DNA from: Phyllobates terribilis
Lineage: Eukaryota
Assembly: GCF_046119375.1 (NCBI RefSeq)
Contig: NW_027362771.1
Location: forward strand, 24,862,001-24,926,000
DNA: 64,000 nucleotides
Direction of reading: 5' to 3'
The translations under genes and the position numbers were made by a program. The notes below the pieces were generated by a model. That model searched no databases and was not told where the DNA came from. It saw nothing but the letters and a program-made list of their open reading frames with translations. The stretch's first letter is position 1, and each line of letters begins with the position of its first letter. Positions 43,823 to 57,700 of this stretch are shown piece after piece.

Positions 43823-46800
43823 TAAATCCATGCAAACGGCATGTATTTATATAGTGTGACCTTAAACAATGGTTAAAAATAAAAAAATAAATCTATACTT
43901 ACCTTCCGATGGCCCCCGCAGTCTTGCTTCGTTCCGTTCTCCCTTGTCGGCAGCTCGCGGTGTACTACATTGAAGGACCTGCCGTCACATGACTATGATG
44001 TCAGTGCAGTTCCTTCAGTCTGTCTCGATCTGCCGGCAAGGGAGGACGAGCACAGCGGGGGCCGTCAGAAGATAAATATAACATTTATTTTTTATTTTAT
44101 TCTTTTTTTCACAGTTTCTATGGTACCTGGGTCCGGAGGAGAGTCTCCTGTCCTCTAGACCTGGGTACCATCCATACATTGAAACGCGTGGAATGCTCAT
44201 CTACATATGCAGTGATGCGTAATCCATGCGTTTCAATGCAAGCCAATGGTGGCGAAAACACAGCACTTCCGCAAAATAATTGGTAGTGCTGCATTTTTTT
44301 CCGCAATGATAATCCTCAGCGGAAATTTCCGCAGCATGTGCACAGCACATGCGGATTATCATTGGGGACCATGGCAGGCCTTCAACTATGCATTTTTTAA
44401 TTGTTTCTGCAGCGTTTTTACTGCTGCGGAAACACTTAAAAAACGCATCGTGGGCACACAGCCTTAAGGTCAGTAGAAGAATTTTTTTCTGCTATGGGGC
44501 TATTATATGACGATCCTGATCAAATCTCATCTGCTGAGGCAGAACTCAGGCATTTGAATCAGGGGTCAGGTGACGTTGAAAATTATTGCACACACTTCAG
44601 AAGATGGGCTTCAGAAGTCAAATGGAATGATCCTGCTCTGAATTGTTTATTTCTTGCTGGTCGGAGTGAAAGGGTTAAGGATTTGCTAATTGCATTCGCT
44701 GTTCATGTGGACAGGAGGCTGAGGTCCAGGCTGAATGAGGTAAAAACTCCTATAATGTCAGGTCCTAGTCCCCAGAAAATCTGCTCAGACGGTAGAGAAC
44801 CGATGGAGGTTGGGGCGATGTCACTCCGCTCTCAGGAAAGAGACCGGAGGTTCGCTGAGGGATTGTGTTTTTATTGTGGTAAAGCTGACCATTTGATTAA
44901 GTATTTTGAGCTTCGTTTAAGTAAAGAAAAAATAAAGAGGTCAGTTACACCCGTATTGCTTTTTTACGCTCTGCAGGAGTATTTCTTTCTGGGAGTACTA
45001 CTTTGCATGGAGATTTGATTGAATTTCAGGCATTTGTGGATTGTGGTTCAACACTTAATGTGATTGATAAAGAGTTTTTGGAAAAACTTAAATTGAAATC
45101 CAAACCTTTGTCATCACCTATTTCTGTAATTGCAATTGATAACACTCCCTTGAATTGTATTACTCACAAAGTTGCTGCATTTCCCCTCACTATCAATGGA
45201 GTTCACCAAGAAATTTTGGACTTGGTTGCATTGGATAATTTTCCCATCTCCAGTTGTTCTAGGTTTGCCTTGGTTAAAACTGCACAATCCTTTACTGGAC
45301 TGGTCTACTAATGTGATTAAGTCTTGGAGTCTGAAGTGCTATGATAAATGTTGTAATGGTCGCATTGCGGCTGTGGAAAAAGGGGAATTGCCAGTACCTA
45401 TTCAAGATTTTTGGAGGGTTTTTTCGGAGGAGGAGTCGCAAGTTTTACCTCCTCATAGGGATTATGATTGCGCCATTGAGTTTGTTCCCGGAGCTACTCT
45501 TCCCAAGAGTCGCTTGTTTAATCTGACTATCCCTGAAAGAAAGGCCTCGGAGGAATACATACAGACTAGCCTGGTTGCTGGTCACATTAGACCTTCTAAG
45601 TCGCCTGTGGCAGTTGGATTTTTCTTTGTTAGAAAAAGGACGGGGATTTACGTCCATGTCTGGATTTTTGTGAAATTAATAAGATTACCGTACGCAATTC
45701 CTACCCATTGCCATTAATTCCTGACTTGTTTTACCAGTTAGTGGGGGCCAAGTGGTTCTCTAAAATTGATCTCCGGGGGGCATACAATTTGTTACGTGTG
45801 AAGGAGGGTGATGAATGGAAAACTGCTTTTAACACTCCGGTACGTCATTTTGAGAATCTGGTGATGCCTTTTGGTCTTACCAATGCACCTGCATTTTTTC
45901 AGAACCTTATTAATGACATCCTGAGATCTTTGATTGGTAAGAATGTGGCTGTGTATTTGGATGACATTTTGATTTATTCACCAGATCTAGAGTCCCATTG
46001 GCAGAGTGTACGTCAAGTTTTGCAGTTATTGAGTGATAATTCACTTTTTGCTAAGCTGGAGAAATGTGAGCTTGCTGTGAAGAAAATTTTTGGGCTACAT
46101 TGTCTCCAGCGAGGGCTTTGAGATGGACCCTGTGAAGGTTCAGGCTGTGCAGGAATGGCCTAGGCCTATTGGTTTGAAATCTATACAGAGATTTTTGGGT
46201 TTTGCCAATTATTACAGGAAATTCATTAAGAATTTTTCAGTAATTGTTAAGCCTCTAACCGATCTCACCAGGAAAGGTGTGAATACGGTCCAGTGGACTA
46301 CTGAGGCCATTGAAGCATTAAGGTATCTCAAAGAGAGGTTCAGTTCTGCCCCTATCCTTATGCAGCCTGATGAGGCCAAGCCTTTTTTGGTTGAGGTCGA
46401 TGCTTCATCGGTGGGGGTCGGAGCAGTGTTGTGTCAGGAGAGCAGGGATGGAGTACATTCTTGTGCCTTCTTTTCGAAAAAAATTTCAGAAACCGAACTG
46501 AATTATGATGTTGGAAATCGGGAGTTGCTGACGATTAAACTCGCGTTTGAAAGTTGGCATCATTTTTTGGAAGGCGCTAGATTTCCTATTCAGATTTTCA
46601 CAGATCATAAGCATTTGATCTATCTGGATGCTGCCAAGCGCTTGAATGCCCGTCAAGCTAGGTGGGCACTTTTTTTTTCTCGGTTTCATTTTTCTGTTAC
46701 CTATATCCCTGGTACTAAAAATGTTAAAGCCGATGCTTTATCTCGCAGCTTCTCTCCTACGGTCGGTGCCGAGGAGGAGAGCATTTTATAGAAAGGAGTT

Positions 46801-48455
46801 GTGGTGGCGGCATTGGGCTCCGTTTTGGAGAATGGGATTCTGAAAGCTCAAGATGATGTCCAATCTAACACTCCCCATGGGAGGTTGTTCGTGCCTAGAA
46901 CCTTTAGGAGAGATTTGTTTGTGGAGTGTCATGAGTCTCGGTTGGCAGGTCATCCAGGAATTTCTGAGACTAAGAGACTTATCAGTCGCAGTTTTTGGTG
47001 CCCTGGATGGCAGAAAGAAGTCATCAAATGAGTGCGTCAATGTACTGTGTGTGCTAGGTCAAAGGCTTCACATACTCCTGCCGCGGGGTTGCTTTGCCCT
47101 CTTGAGGTTCCTAGTGCACTTCGGACGCATCTCACAATTGATTTTATTACTGATCTTCCTGTGTCTGAGGGTTTTACTGTCATCTGGGTGGTCGTGGACC
47201 GTTTTAGTAAGATGTGTATTTTGGTTCCATTCATTAAGTTGCCCTGCTCCAATACACTTGCTAAGGCGTTTGTTAAGCAGATTGTCAAGCTTCATGGTGT
47301 TCCTACGGATATTGTTTCTGATAGAGGACCTCAGTTTGTGGCTCGCTTTTGGCGTTCTTTTTGTGACAAGTTGGGAGTCCACTTGTCATTTTCGTCTGGG
47401 TATCATCCTGAGTCTAATGGACAGACTGAAAGAAAGAACCAGGATGTAGAACAGTTTTTGCGTTGTTTTATGGCGGACAATCAAGAGGTGTGGTCTGAGT
47501 TTCTGCCTCTCGCGGAATTTGCTCTTAACAATCATACATCCTCCTCTGCTGGGTGTTCTCCTTTTTTTTGTTGCACTGGGAGACATCCGTCTTTTGGTTC
47601 GTTCTCCAAATTGGGGTCGGCGGTGCTGGAGGAGGAGAATTTTTCCGGTGATTTGGAGAGAGTTTGGACTAATGTACATTGTAACCTGCAAGAGGCTAAC
47701 GAGAAGTCCAAGAATTATTTTGACAGGAAACGTAAAGAGGTTTTGTTTATTGTGGGTGACATGGTTTGGTTGTCCTCAAAGAACTTGTGTTTGAGGATTC
47801 CCTCTAAAAAACTGGGTCCTAAGTTTGTGGGTCCATTTAAAGTGCTTCAGGTTGTTAACTCATCTGCTGTCAGGTTGGATGTCCCTACTTCCTGGAAGAT
47901 TAATCCTGTGTTTCATGCTTCCTTGTTGAAAAAGGCTGATGTATCAGATAGGGATTCCACTGTCACAGTTCCTCCTGTGGTGGAAGACGGCGAATATGAA
48001 ATTTCTCATATCTTGAATTCTAGATGGCATTAAGGGAGATTACAGTATCTTGTCTCCTGGAAGGGTTTCGGTCTCGAAAATAACTCCTGGGTAAGGACGG
48101 ATGATGTCTCTTCTCCTAGGCTTGTTAAAGCTTTCCACAAGAGGTTTCCGGATAGGCCCGAGCCTGGAGGATCCGGAGGATCCTCATAAAAGAGGGGGTA
48201 CTGTTACAATCCTCCTGTTTGTTTTTTCCATCTTGTGTTTTGCGGTCACGTGACCATCTGCCTTTATATTCCAGCTCCGCCCTTTTTGCTGTGCTGGAAT
48301 TCAGTGTTGTTTGACTGTTTCTCTAGCCAGGTGCTTCGGTGCCTATCTCTGTCAGTTCGCTTGGTCCTTCTGGGTCCTCTAGTACCTTTTTGTCAGTTTG
48401 TCTTTTTGTGTTCTGCAACAACTTCTCTGTTTAGGATGTGTCCCATTTTTGCTCC

Positions 48456-48714
48456 AAGAAAGAAGGAATTGTGCGATGTTAGTGAAGCGCTAGAACAACT
48501 AGACAGGGGATTAGGTTATAACACACAAACCTTTTATTGTTTCGTAGGCTCTCTAACGCCACTACGCGTTTCGATAGCAGAAGCTATCTTCCTCAGGTAT
48601 CTTCCTTGTGGCGTTAGAGAGCATACTAAACAATAAAAGGTTTGTGTTTTATAAACTAATCCCCTGTCTAGTTGTTCTAGCGCTTCACTAACACCGCACA
48701 ATTCCTTCTTTCTT
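48456..48714. repeat. 259-bp hairpin: 107-bp arms (48456-48562 and 48608-48714) and a 45-nt loop
   Basis: The arms are near-perfect reverse complements, and each contains AATAAA on one strand. Confidence 0.95.
48560..48600 (-). ncRNA. Hammerhead ribozyme in the hairpin loop
   Basis: UAC-CUGAGGA-A-GAUAGC(UUCU)GCUAUC-GAAAC-GC-GUA-GUG: perfect core, 6-bp stem II, palindromic stem III ACGCGU, GUA cleavage triplet. Confidence 0.88.
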
Positions 48715-48730
48715 GATTGCTAATCTCCCC

Positions 48731-51700
48731 TGTGGAGAGCGGTGGAAGTGACATGCCCAGGGGAATGGGGACGACTCGTCGCCCGGGCCTTGTTGTTACC
48801 TGACCTTGGGGGATGTCGCGGTGGTCGGCTCCCTGGCCCGTACCCTGGGGTCACTCTTAAAAGAAAGGGGGGAAGTTATATGGGATAGGGAATATTCGTG
48901 ATGCCACCCGTGGGGTCTGGTGAGGATCACCAGCCCTGCAACAGTCCTCTCAGGCCGGTGTTCAGGCAGCTTAGTTGGTGCGGCTCCCCGCAGGTGGAGC
49001 GGGGCCTCAGGGCAGAGTAGGAGAAGGGATGCAGGACAGAGGGGACCCAGCCGGGTCAGAGGAAGAATGGTCACACACACAACAGTTCACTTCAGTACCT
49101 TTACTGTTGGTGTTTCTTGCACAGTCCAGGGTACTTCAGGGTGAAGGGTGCATATCAGGACTCTCCCCAGTGAGTGGGTGTGGGGCCTCCTGTTCCTTGC
49201 CTTTCCTTGATAAGTTTCTGACCTGCCAGGAGCTAGGCCTAACTTGGTCTCTGTCTTGCACCTGCTGACCTGGTGGTAGGGCTTTCTGTTGGAGGTCACA
49301 CTCCCTGGTCTCTGGGGCCTCCGTGACTCCTGACCCTGCTATGTAATCAGCTTTTGGTGTTCCTGGGACATATAATTCACCAGGGGTTCCGGTTGTTTCT
49401 GCTGGGTGTAAGGAATCCCTGCAGACGCGGACCTGGTGTCTGGTATATGTTCTTGGGGTGAGAGGGTAAAGCTCCTCTGCCCCCTTTTGTTACTCTCTTT
49501 CCACTCGCCTTCGGCCACGCTCGGGGCCTCACTAGGCTTCACACGGGCAGTAGGCCTCGCTACTCTTCACCGCTCTTTTGGCGTCGGCACTAGTGTTGAG
49601 CCACCCCCGTAGTGTTCGGGTTCGGTTCGGTTCGTCGAACACCAGGATGTTCGAGGAACTGTTCGTTGAACTGTTCGTCGAACACCTTAGAACACCGTCG
49701 AACACCGTTAAAACCAATGGCAGGCAAACAAAAACACATAGAAACACATAGAAAACACCTGCAAAGGTGTCCAAAAGCTGACAAACTGCTCAGAAGACGC
49801 TTTCTTTAAAAAAGCCGGTCGGCAATTCAGCAGCGGCATACACCGGTACCCGACAATTTAGACAAGAAGGAATAGAGCTTCACACATAGATTAGATAGAT
49901 AGAAACATGTCAGTCACATATATATGAAGTACAGTGACAGTGTTGCTTACTGTACTTGTCATTTAGTGTAAAGGATTTATTAAAAAATATAATAGTGTTT
50001 TCATGCACCGTCTCTTTAAAAAAGCCGGCAGGCAATTCAGCAGCGGTACCCAACAATTTATAACAGACAGAATAGAGAATCACACATAGATTAGATAGAT
50101 AGAAACATGTCAGTCACATATATATGAAGTACAGTGACAATGTTGTTTACTGTACTTGTCATTTAGTGTAAAGGATTTATTAAAAAAAATAATAGTGTTT
50201 TCATGCACCGTCTCTTTAAAAAAGCCGGCCGGCAATTCAGCATCTGTACCCGACAATTTATAACAGACAGAATAGAGCTTCACACATAGATTAGATAGAT
50301 AGAAACATGTCAGTCACATATATAATAAGTACAGTGATAGTGTTGGTTACTGTACTTGTCATTTAGTATTAAAATAAAGGATTTATTATTAAAAAAAATT
50401 GGCGTGGTGTTCCCCGTAACTTTAGTCTCTAGCGGAGGTTAAGCAGACGGCTGGGGCAAATGTTTGAAGTCTGGGAAGGGGGTAATACCCACGGAGCTTC
50501 CCAGGCTACTAATATGAGCCCCCAGCTGAATACATAGCCTTTACTAGCTATTAAAATGGGGGACCCCCCCAAAAAATGACGTGGGGTCCCCCCTAATTTA
50601 ATAGCTAGCAAAGGCTAGGCAGACAGCTGGGGGCTGATATTAATAGCCCAGGAAGGGAGCCATGAATATTGGCCCCCTCCCAGGCTAGAAACACCAGCCG
50701 TCAGCCGCCCCAGAAATGGCGCATTCATAGGATGCGCCAATTCTGGCACTTAGCCTCGCTCTTCCACGCTGCCCTGGTGCGGTGGCAGTGGGGTAATAGG
50801 GCTGGGGTTGATGTCAGCTTATAATGCCAGCTGACATCAAGCCCAGGTTAGTAATGGAGAGGCGTCTATAAGACACCCCCATTACTAACCCCATAGTCAA
50901 AGTTAAAAGAAAACACAAACACCCAGAATAAATTCCTTTAATTGAAATAAACACACAATCCTTTATTGTTCTAAATTAAACCATACTTACCGTCACGCCC
51001 ATTCCAGCTGAAGCCAACGATCTCCTGCAATAAAAGAAAAATAATAAAGCAACATCATCCTTACCTTTCCATGGTTCCCAGGACAGCTTCAGCTCTGCTA
51101 CATCGAGATGACAGGCTGGACCGCAGCAGAACGCTGCCATCCAGCCTATCATCCCGCAGACACTGAGAAGCGCAGGCTTGCTTGCGCTCTGCAGTGTCTG
51201 GCTGTGACGTCATAAAGATGAGACGAGTTCATGTCCAATGAACTCGGCGCACCTCATGCACGTCACTGACAGCGTGGGAAAATTCTCACGCTGAAGCGCT
51301 GAGTGCAGGAGAATTCTCCCACGCTGTCAGTGACGTGCATAAGGTGAGCTCATGTCCAATGAACTCAGCTCACCTCCTGCACGTCACTTACAGCGTGGGA
51401 GAATTCTCCTGCACTCAGCGCTTCAGCGTGAGAATTCTCCCACGCTGAAGCGCTGAGTGCAGGAGAATTTTCCCACGCTGTCAGTGACGTGCATGAGGTG
51501 AGCCGAGTTCATTGGACATTAACTCGGCTCATCTGGATGCCCTCACAGAGAGACACTGTGGAGCGCAAGCAAGCCTGCGCTTCTCAGTGTCTGCGGGATG
51601 ACAGGCTGGATGGCAGCGTTCTGCTGCGGTCCAGCCTGTCATCTCGATGTAGCAGAGCTGAAGCTGTCATGGGAACCATGGAAAGGTAAGGATGATGTTG

Positions 51701-54700
51701 CTTTATTATTTTTCTTTTATTTCAGGAGATCGTTGGCTTTAGCAGGAATGGGCGTGACGGTAAGTATGGTTTAATTTAGAACAATAAAGAATTGTGTGTT
51801 TATTTCAATTAAAGGACTTTTTTCTGGGTGTTGTGTTTTTTTTAAATACTTTACTAGAAATTCATGGTGGTCATGTCTAATATTGGCGTGACCCCATGAA
51901 TTTTGGGCTTAGGGCCAGCTGATAATGCCAAGCTGGCCCTAACCCCTTTATTACCCAGTGAGCCACCGCATCAGGGCCCTGGATGAGTTGGGTACAGCGC
52001 CAGAAGATGGCGCTTCTATGAACGCGCCATTTTCCGGGGTGGCTGCGGACTGCAATTTGCAGCGGGGGTGGCCCAGAAAGCTTGGGCCTCCCTGCGCTGC
52101 GGATTCCAGCCCCCAGCTGTCTAGTTGTACCTGGCTGGACACAAAAACAGGGCGAAGCCCCACGTCAATTTTCTTTAAATTATTTCATGAAATAATTAAG
52201 AAAAAAAGGGCTTCCCTATATTGATGTGTCCGGCCAGGTACAAATAGGCAGCTGGTGGTTGGGGGCAGCCCGCTCCTGCCTGCTGCACCTGACTGGACAC
52301 AAATATAGTGCGAAGCCCCACGTCAATTTTTTTTTAATTATTTCATGAATTTCCTGAAATAATTTAAAAAAATTGAAGTGGGGCTTCGCACTATATTTGT
52401 GTCCAGCCAGGTACAGCAGGCAGGAACGGGCTGCCCCCAACCACCAGCTGACTATTTGTACCTGGCCGGACACAACAATATAGGGAAGGCCTTTTTTTCT
52501 TAATTATTTCATGAATTTCATGAAATAATTAAAAAAAAAATACGTGGGGCTTCGCACTATATTTGTGTCCAGCCAGGTACAACTAGGCAGCTGGGGGCTG
52601 GAATCTGCAGCGCAGGGAGGCCCAAGCTTTCTGGGCCCCCCCCGCTGCAAATTGCAGTCCGCAGCCACCCCGGAAAATGGCGCGTTCATAGAAGCGCCAT
52701 CTTCTGGCGCTGTACCCAACTCATCCAGGGCCCTGGTGCGGTGGCTCACTGGGTAATAAAGGGGTTAGGGCCAGCTTGGTATTATCAGCTGGCCCCAAGC
52801 CCAAAATTCATGGGGTCACGCCAGTATTAGACATGACCGCCATGAATTTCTAGTAAAGTATTTAAAAAAAACACAACACCCAGAATAAAGTCCTTTAATT
52901 GAAATAAACACACAATTCTTTATTGTTCTAAATTAAACTATACTTACCATCACGCCCATTCCAGCTGAAGCCAACGATCTCCTGCAATAAAAGAAAAATA
53001 ATAAACCAACCTCATCCTTACCTTTCCATGGTTCCCACGACAGCTTCAGCTCTGCTACATCGAGATGACAGGCTGGACCGCAGCAGAACGCCGCCATCCA
53101 GCCTGTCATCCCGCAGACACTGAGAAGAGCAGGCTTGCTTGCGCTCCACAGTGTCTCTCTGTGACGGCATCCAGATGAGCCGAGGTCATGTCCAATGAAC
53201 TCGGCTCACCTCATGCACGTCACTGACAGCGTGGGAAAATTCTCACGCTGAAGTGCTGAGTACAGGAGAATTCTCCCACGCTGTCAGTGACGTGCATGAG
53301 GTGAGCTCATGTCCAATGAACTCAGCTCACCTCATGCACCTCACTGACAGCGTGGGAAAATTCTCCTGCACTCAGCGCTTCAGCGTGAGAATTCTCCCAC
53401 GCTGTAAGTGACGTGCATGAGGTGAGCCGAGTTCGTTGGACATGACCTCGGCTCATCTTTATGCCGTCACAGAGAGACAATGTGGAGCGCAAGCATGCCT
53501 GCTCTTCTCAGTGTCTGCGGGATGACAGGCTGGATGGCGGCGTTCTGCTGCGGTCCAGCCTGTCATCTTGATGTAGCAGAGCTGAAGCTGTCGTGGGAAC
53601 CATGGAAAGGTAAGGATGAGGTTGCTTTATTATTTTATTTTTATTACAGGAGATCGTTGGCTTCAGCTAGAATGGGCATGACGGTAAGTATGGTTTAATT
53701 TAGAACAATAAAGGAATGTGTCTTTATTTCAATTAAAGGACTTTATTCTGGGTGTTTGTGTTTTTTTTAACTTTGACTATGGGGTTAGTAATGGGGGTGT
53801 CTTATAGACGCCTCTCCATTACTAACCTGGGCTTGATGTCAGCTGGCATTATAAGCTGACATCAACCCCAACCCTATTACCCCACTGCCACCGCTACAGG
53901 GCAGTGGGAAGAGCGAGGCTAAGTGCCAGAATTGGCGCATCCTATGAATGCGCCATTTCTGGGGCGGCTGACGGCTGGTGTTTCTAGCCTGGGAGGGGGC
54001 CAATATTCATGGCTCCCTTCCTGGGCTATTAATATCAGCCCCCAGCTGTCTGCCTAGCCTTTGCTAGCTATTAAATTAGGGGGGACCCCACGTCATTTTT
54101 TTGTTGGAGTCCCCCATTTTAATAGCTAGTAAAGGCTATGTATTCAGCTGGGGGCTGATATTAGTAGCCTGGGAAGCTCCGTGGGTATTACCCCCTTCCC
54201 AGGCTTCAAACATCTGCCCCAGCTGTCTGCTTAACCTCCGCTAGAGCCTAAAATTAAGAGGAACCCCACGCCAATTTTTTTAATAATAAATCCTTTATTT
54301 TAATACTAAATGACAAGTACAGTAACCAACACTATCACTGTACTTCATATATATGTGACTGACATGTTTCTATCTATCTAATCTATGTGTGAAGCTCTAT
54401 TCTGTCTGTTATAAATTGTCGGGTACAGATGCTGAATTGCCGGCCGGCTTTCTTAAAGAGACGGTGCATGAAAACACTATTATTTTTTTTAATAAATCCT
54501 TTACACTAAATGACAAGTACAGTAAGCAACACTGTCACTGTACTTCATATATATGTGACTGACATGTTTCTATCTATCTAATCTATGTGTGATTCTCTAT
54601 TCCTTCTATTCTAAATTGTTGGGTACAGATGCTGAATTGCCGGCCGGCTTTTTTAAAGAGACGGTGCATGAAAACACTATTATTTTTTTTGATAAATCCT

Positions 54701-57700
54701 TTACGCTAAATGACAAGTACAGTAAGCAGCACTTTCACTGTACTTCGTATATATGTGGCTGACATGTTTATATCTATCTAATCTATGTGTGAAGCTCTAT
54801 TCTTTCGGTTCTAAATTGTCGGGTACCGGTGAATGCCGCTGCTGAATTGCCGGCTTTTCATGTTTCACTGTTGGCACTGTTCCCATCGATTTGGGCAATC
54901 ACTGTAATGCCACAACCACCATGGCTGTGGCATTACAGTGAGTGGCAGACAATCCCTGCATGATTGGTGCTCTAAATAGCGCCAGACATGCAGGACACGC
55001 TTTTGGTGCACGAACAGTTATCGAACATAACCTCGAACAGCCGAATTTTTTGCAAATCGTTCGGGTTCGTCGAACAACTCGAACACCGCCCAAAACAGCT
55101 CGAATTTGAGATTGGCGAACAGTTCTAGTCGAACACCGCTCATCTCTAGTCGGCACGCCCTAGGCTCACTAACTCCAGCTCTCTGAGTCTGGACTGAACT
55201 GACTGAGCTCCACTGCAGGCTAGCTTCTGCAGGAGCTCCTCTCAACAGGCTGACCTTCTCACAGACTGTAGACTCCAGACTGACTGCCTAACTCCACCCT
55301 CCAGTATATATATCCCTATCCAATCTCCCTCTGGTGGTCTGAGGAGGTAGGGTGGAGGTGTGTGAATGGTATGAGGGCCTCTTGTGGAGAAGTCCGTCCA
55401 TGCACCCCTCTTGGATCTGTGGCACCAATGCGCAGCAGGGCGCCACATTCCCCCCTAGCAAAGCTCAGTACTCCCGGACTGAAGTAATTTTTACAACAGG
55501 TAACAACAATAACTGTTCCCTTTATGGGAGGCACTTTGCTTGAACGTTGCATAATAAAACATTATAAATAATAAATATATACATACATACAATAAGCAAC
55601 CTCAGAATTTAAATCTGTTCCGGTGAGGTCCCCTGACAGAGTGTCCATCTCACGGGTAAAGTACAAGGTAGCTTGAGGGACCTGTCCAAAGCAAACCCTC
55701 AACGTAGGCCCTGGGGTGGCTGCAGGGCATGGCGATCCTGAGTTGGACCTCCACTTCGGCCACGCCACACAGGTTTTTGTTCTGAGGTCACATAAAGGGG
55801 CACTCCAGGGAGTGAAATTATTTACAGCAAACAGATTTTGGGCTGCACACAGTCCTCAGCCACAAAGTTCTTTATGTACCCTTACGGTTAACTAGAGATA
55901 ACAAGGGAAGTGTCCATATCACTTAAATTGTCCATTAGTAAGGCAAAGCACATATCAAGATATACATACATGAAAAATACACAAGACAATACCCCAGGAG
56001 CAACTATCTACACTGTCAGAGTTTCCTTCTCTATTCTCTGTATCTGACAGGGGTCTGACCTCGTGTGCTACGTGTCAACCTGCGTGGTACTGGGATTCGT
56101 GAGGCACTAGTGTTTGCACTACCTCCCATTCTGTCAGTTCTAAGTGTTGGGGAACTGCAGGGTTGCCTTAACCTCTCTACAGGACTGGCAAGTATACCAT
56201 TGGCTGGGCCTTCTTGCTCTGCTCCAACCGGGATCCTTCTTCCGGGTATTCTTCTTGAGCCGGCTCTTCTGAAGCACTTACAGGTTCTACTTGCTGTGGA
56301 GGGTCTTCTAGCTGTTCAAAGAAGTGGATCACAGGTATTATTACTGCTCCTCCTAGTTGAGGCCAATCTGCCGGGAAATCTCCTAAGTCAGTATGGAGTA
56401 CTGCTTCTTTAGGCTCCTCTGGTACGGTGAGAGGCACTTCTTCTTGGGGCTTTAGCATGTCTGGACACAACTTCAGATGGTCTCTAGATACCGTTGCAGT
56501 CGTTATTCCTCCGTCTTTGCTAATCAAACAGGTCTTCTTGTTATCAAATCTTGAATTTAACACAGTGTAGGGTTCTCTCTTCCACTGGTCATCAAGTTTG
56601 TGGTTTCTCCTTTTCCTCTTTAACACCACTTCTCCTGGTGTGAAGGGTTCTGCGGGCGCACATTTATTGTAGTGGGCTTCCTGCTTGTCCCTTACCCGAG
56701 TGAGACTGTCTTCGACACAGGCCTGTACTCTTCTGTACTGCTCCTGTCTGCTCCTGTCTGGTCGTGTCCCAGTCCTCAGTGGACATATCTGCTTCTGGTT
56801 CTACTACACCAAGCTCCAGGTCTATGGGCAACTTCCCGGTTCTTGCTCGCATGAGATATGCTGGAGTACATTGGTGGAACTCACAGGTATGTAGTTGTAC
56901 AAATCTACCAGGTCAGGTAGTAGGTCTGGCCACTGATTTCCATCCTCTAGTGGTAAGGTCTTCAGCAGATCGATGACGATGTTATTCATCTTTTCACAGA
57001 TACCGTTAGTTTGGGGATGGTACGGTGTAGTCCGGATCTTTTTACACCCGAAAAGATGGCAGAACTCTTTGAACAGTTCGGCTCCAAAGGCTGGGCCTTG
57101 ATCCATCAGCACCTGCTCCGGGTATCCATGGGTCCTGCAGAAGTACGCCTGAAACGTCCTCGCTGCTGTCTCTGCCGTCAGATCCTTGACGGGGGCGACC
57201 ACGAGGAACCGGGAGTAGTGATCCACCATGGTCAGGGCATAGGAATATCCTGACCTGCTGGGTGACAGCTTGACATGATCCAGGGCCACGATCTCCAAGG
57301 GACAAGTCGTCTTGATGGGTTGCAGGGGTGCCTTCTGGCTGCTGTAGTCTTTTCTTCTGAGACTACAGGGTCCACAATTCAGGCACCACCTCTCAATGGA
57401 ACTGCGCATTCCTACCCAATAAAACCGACACTTCAGCAGGGTTTCTAGCTTCTTTCAGCCAAAGTGCCCCGCCTGATCGTGGTAGGCATCCAACACCATC
57501 TGGATGTCTGTCTTGGGCACCACTATCTGCCATACCATCTCATGGGTTTTGGGGTTGACTTACCTCCGGCACAGCTTCTCTCTATAGATGAACAGCCGCA
57601 TCTTCTCATTCCACAGCTGCTTGGCTTGTAGAGACGCGTTCTTCTCCAGGGAGGAACCTTCTTGAGTTATCAGCTCTTTGATACGGCTGACAACCGGGTC

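Larger units (their letters stand above)
41970..44463. mobile_element. PIF/Harbinger MITE inserted in gag, itself carrying a Tc1
   Basis: TIR GGCT.TGTGCCCACGATGC and TSD TTA/TTA. Confidence 0.9.

Noticed and set aside
55448-56160. env-like gene or extra ORF downstream of the Gypsy integrase
   Set aside because: Only short ORFs are present, with no signal peptide or transmembrane pattern. It was treated as 3' UTR.
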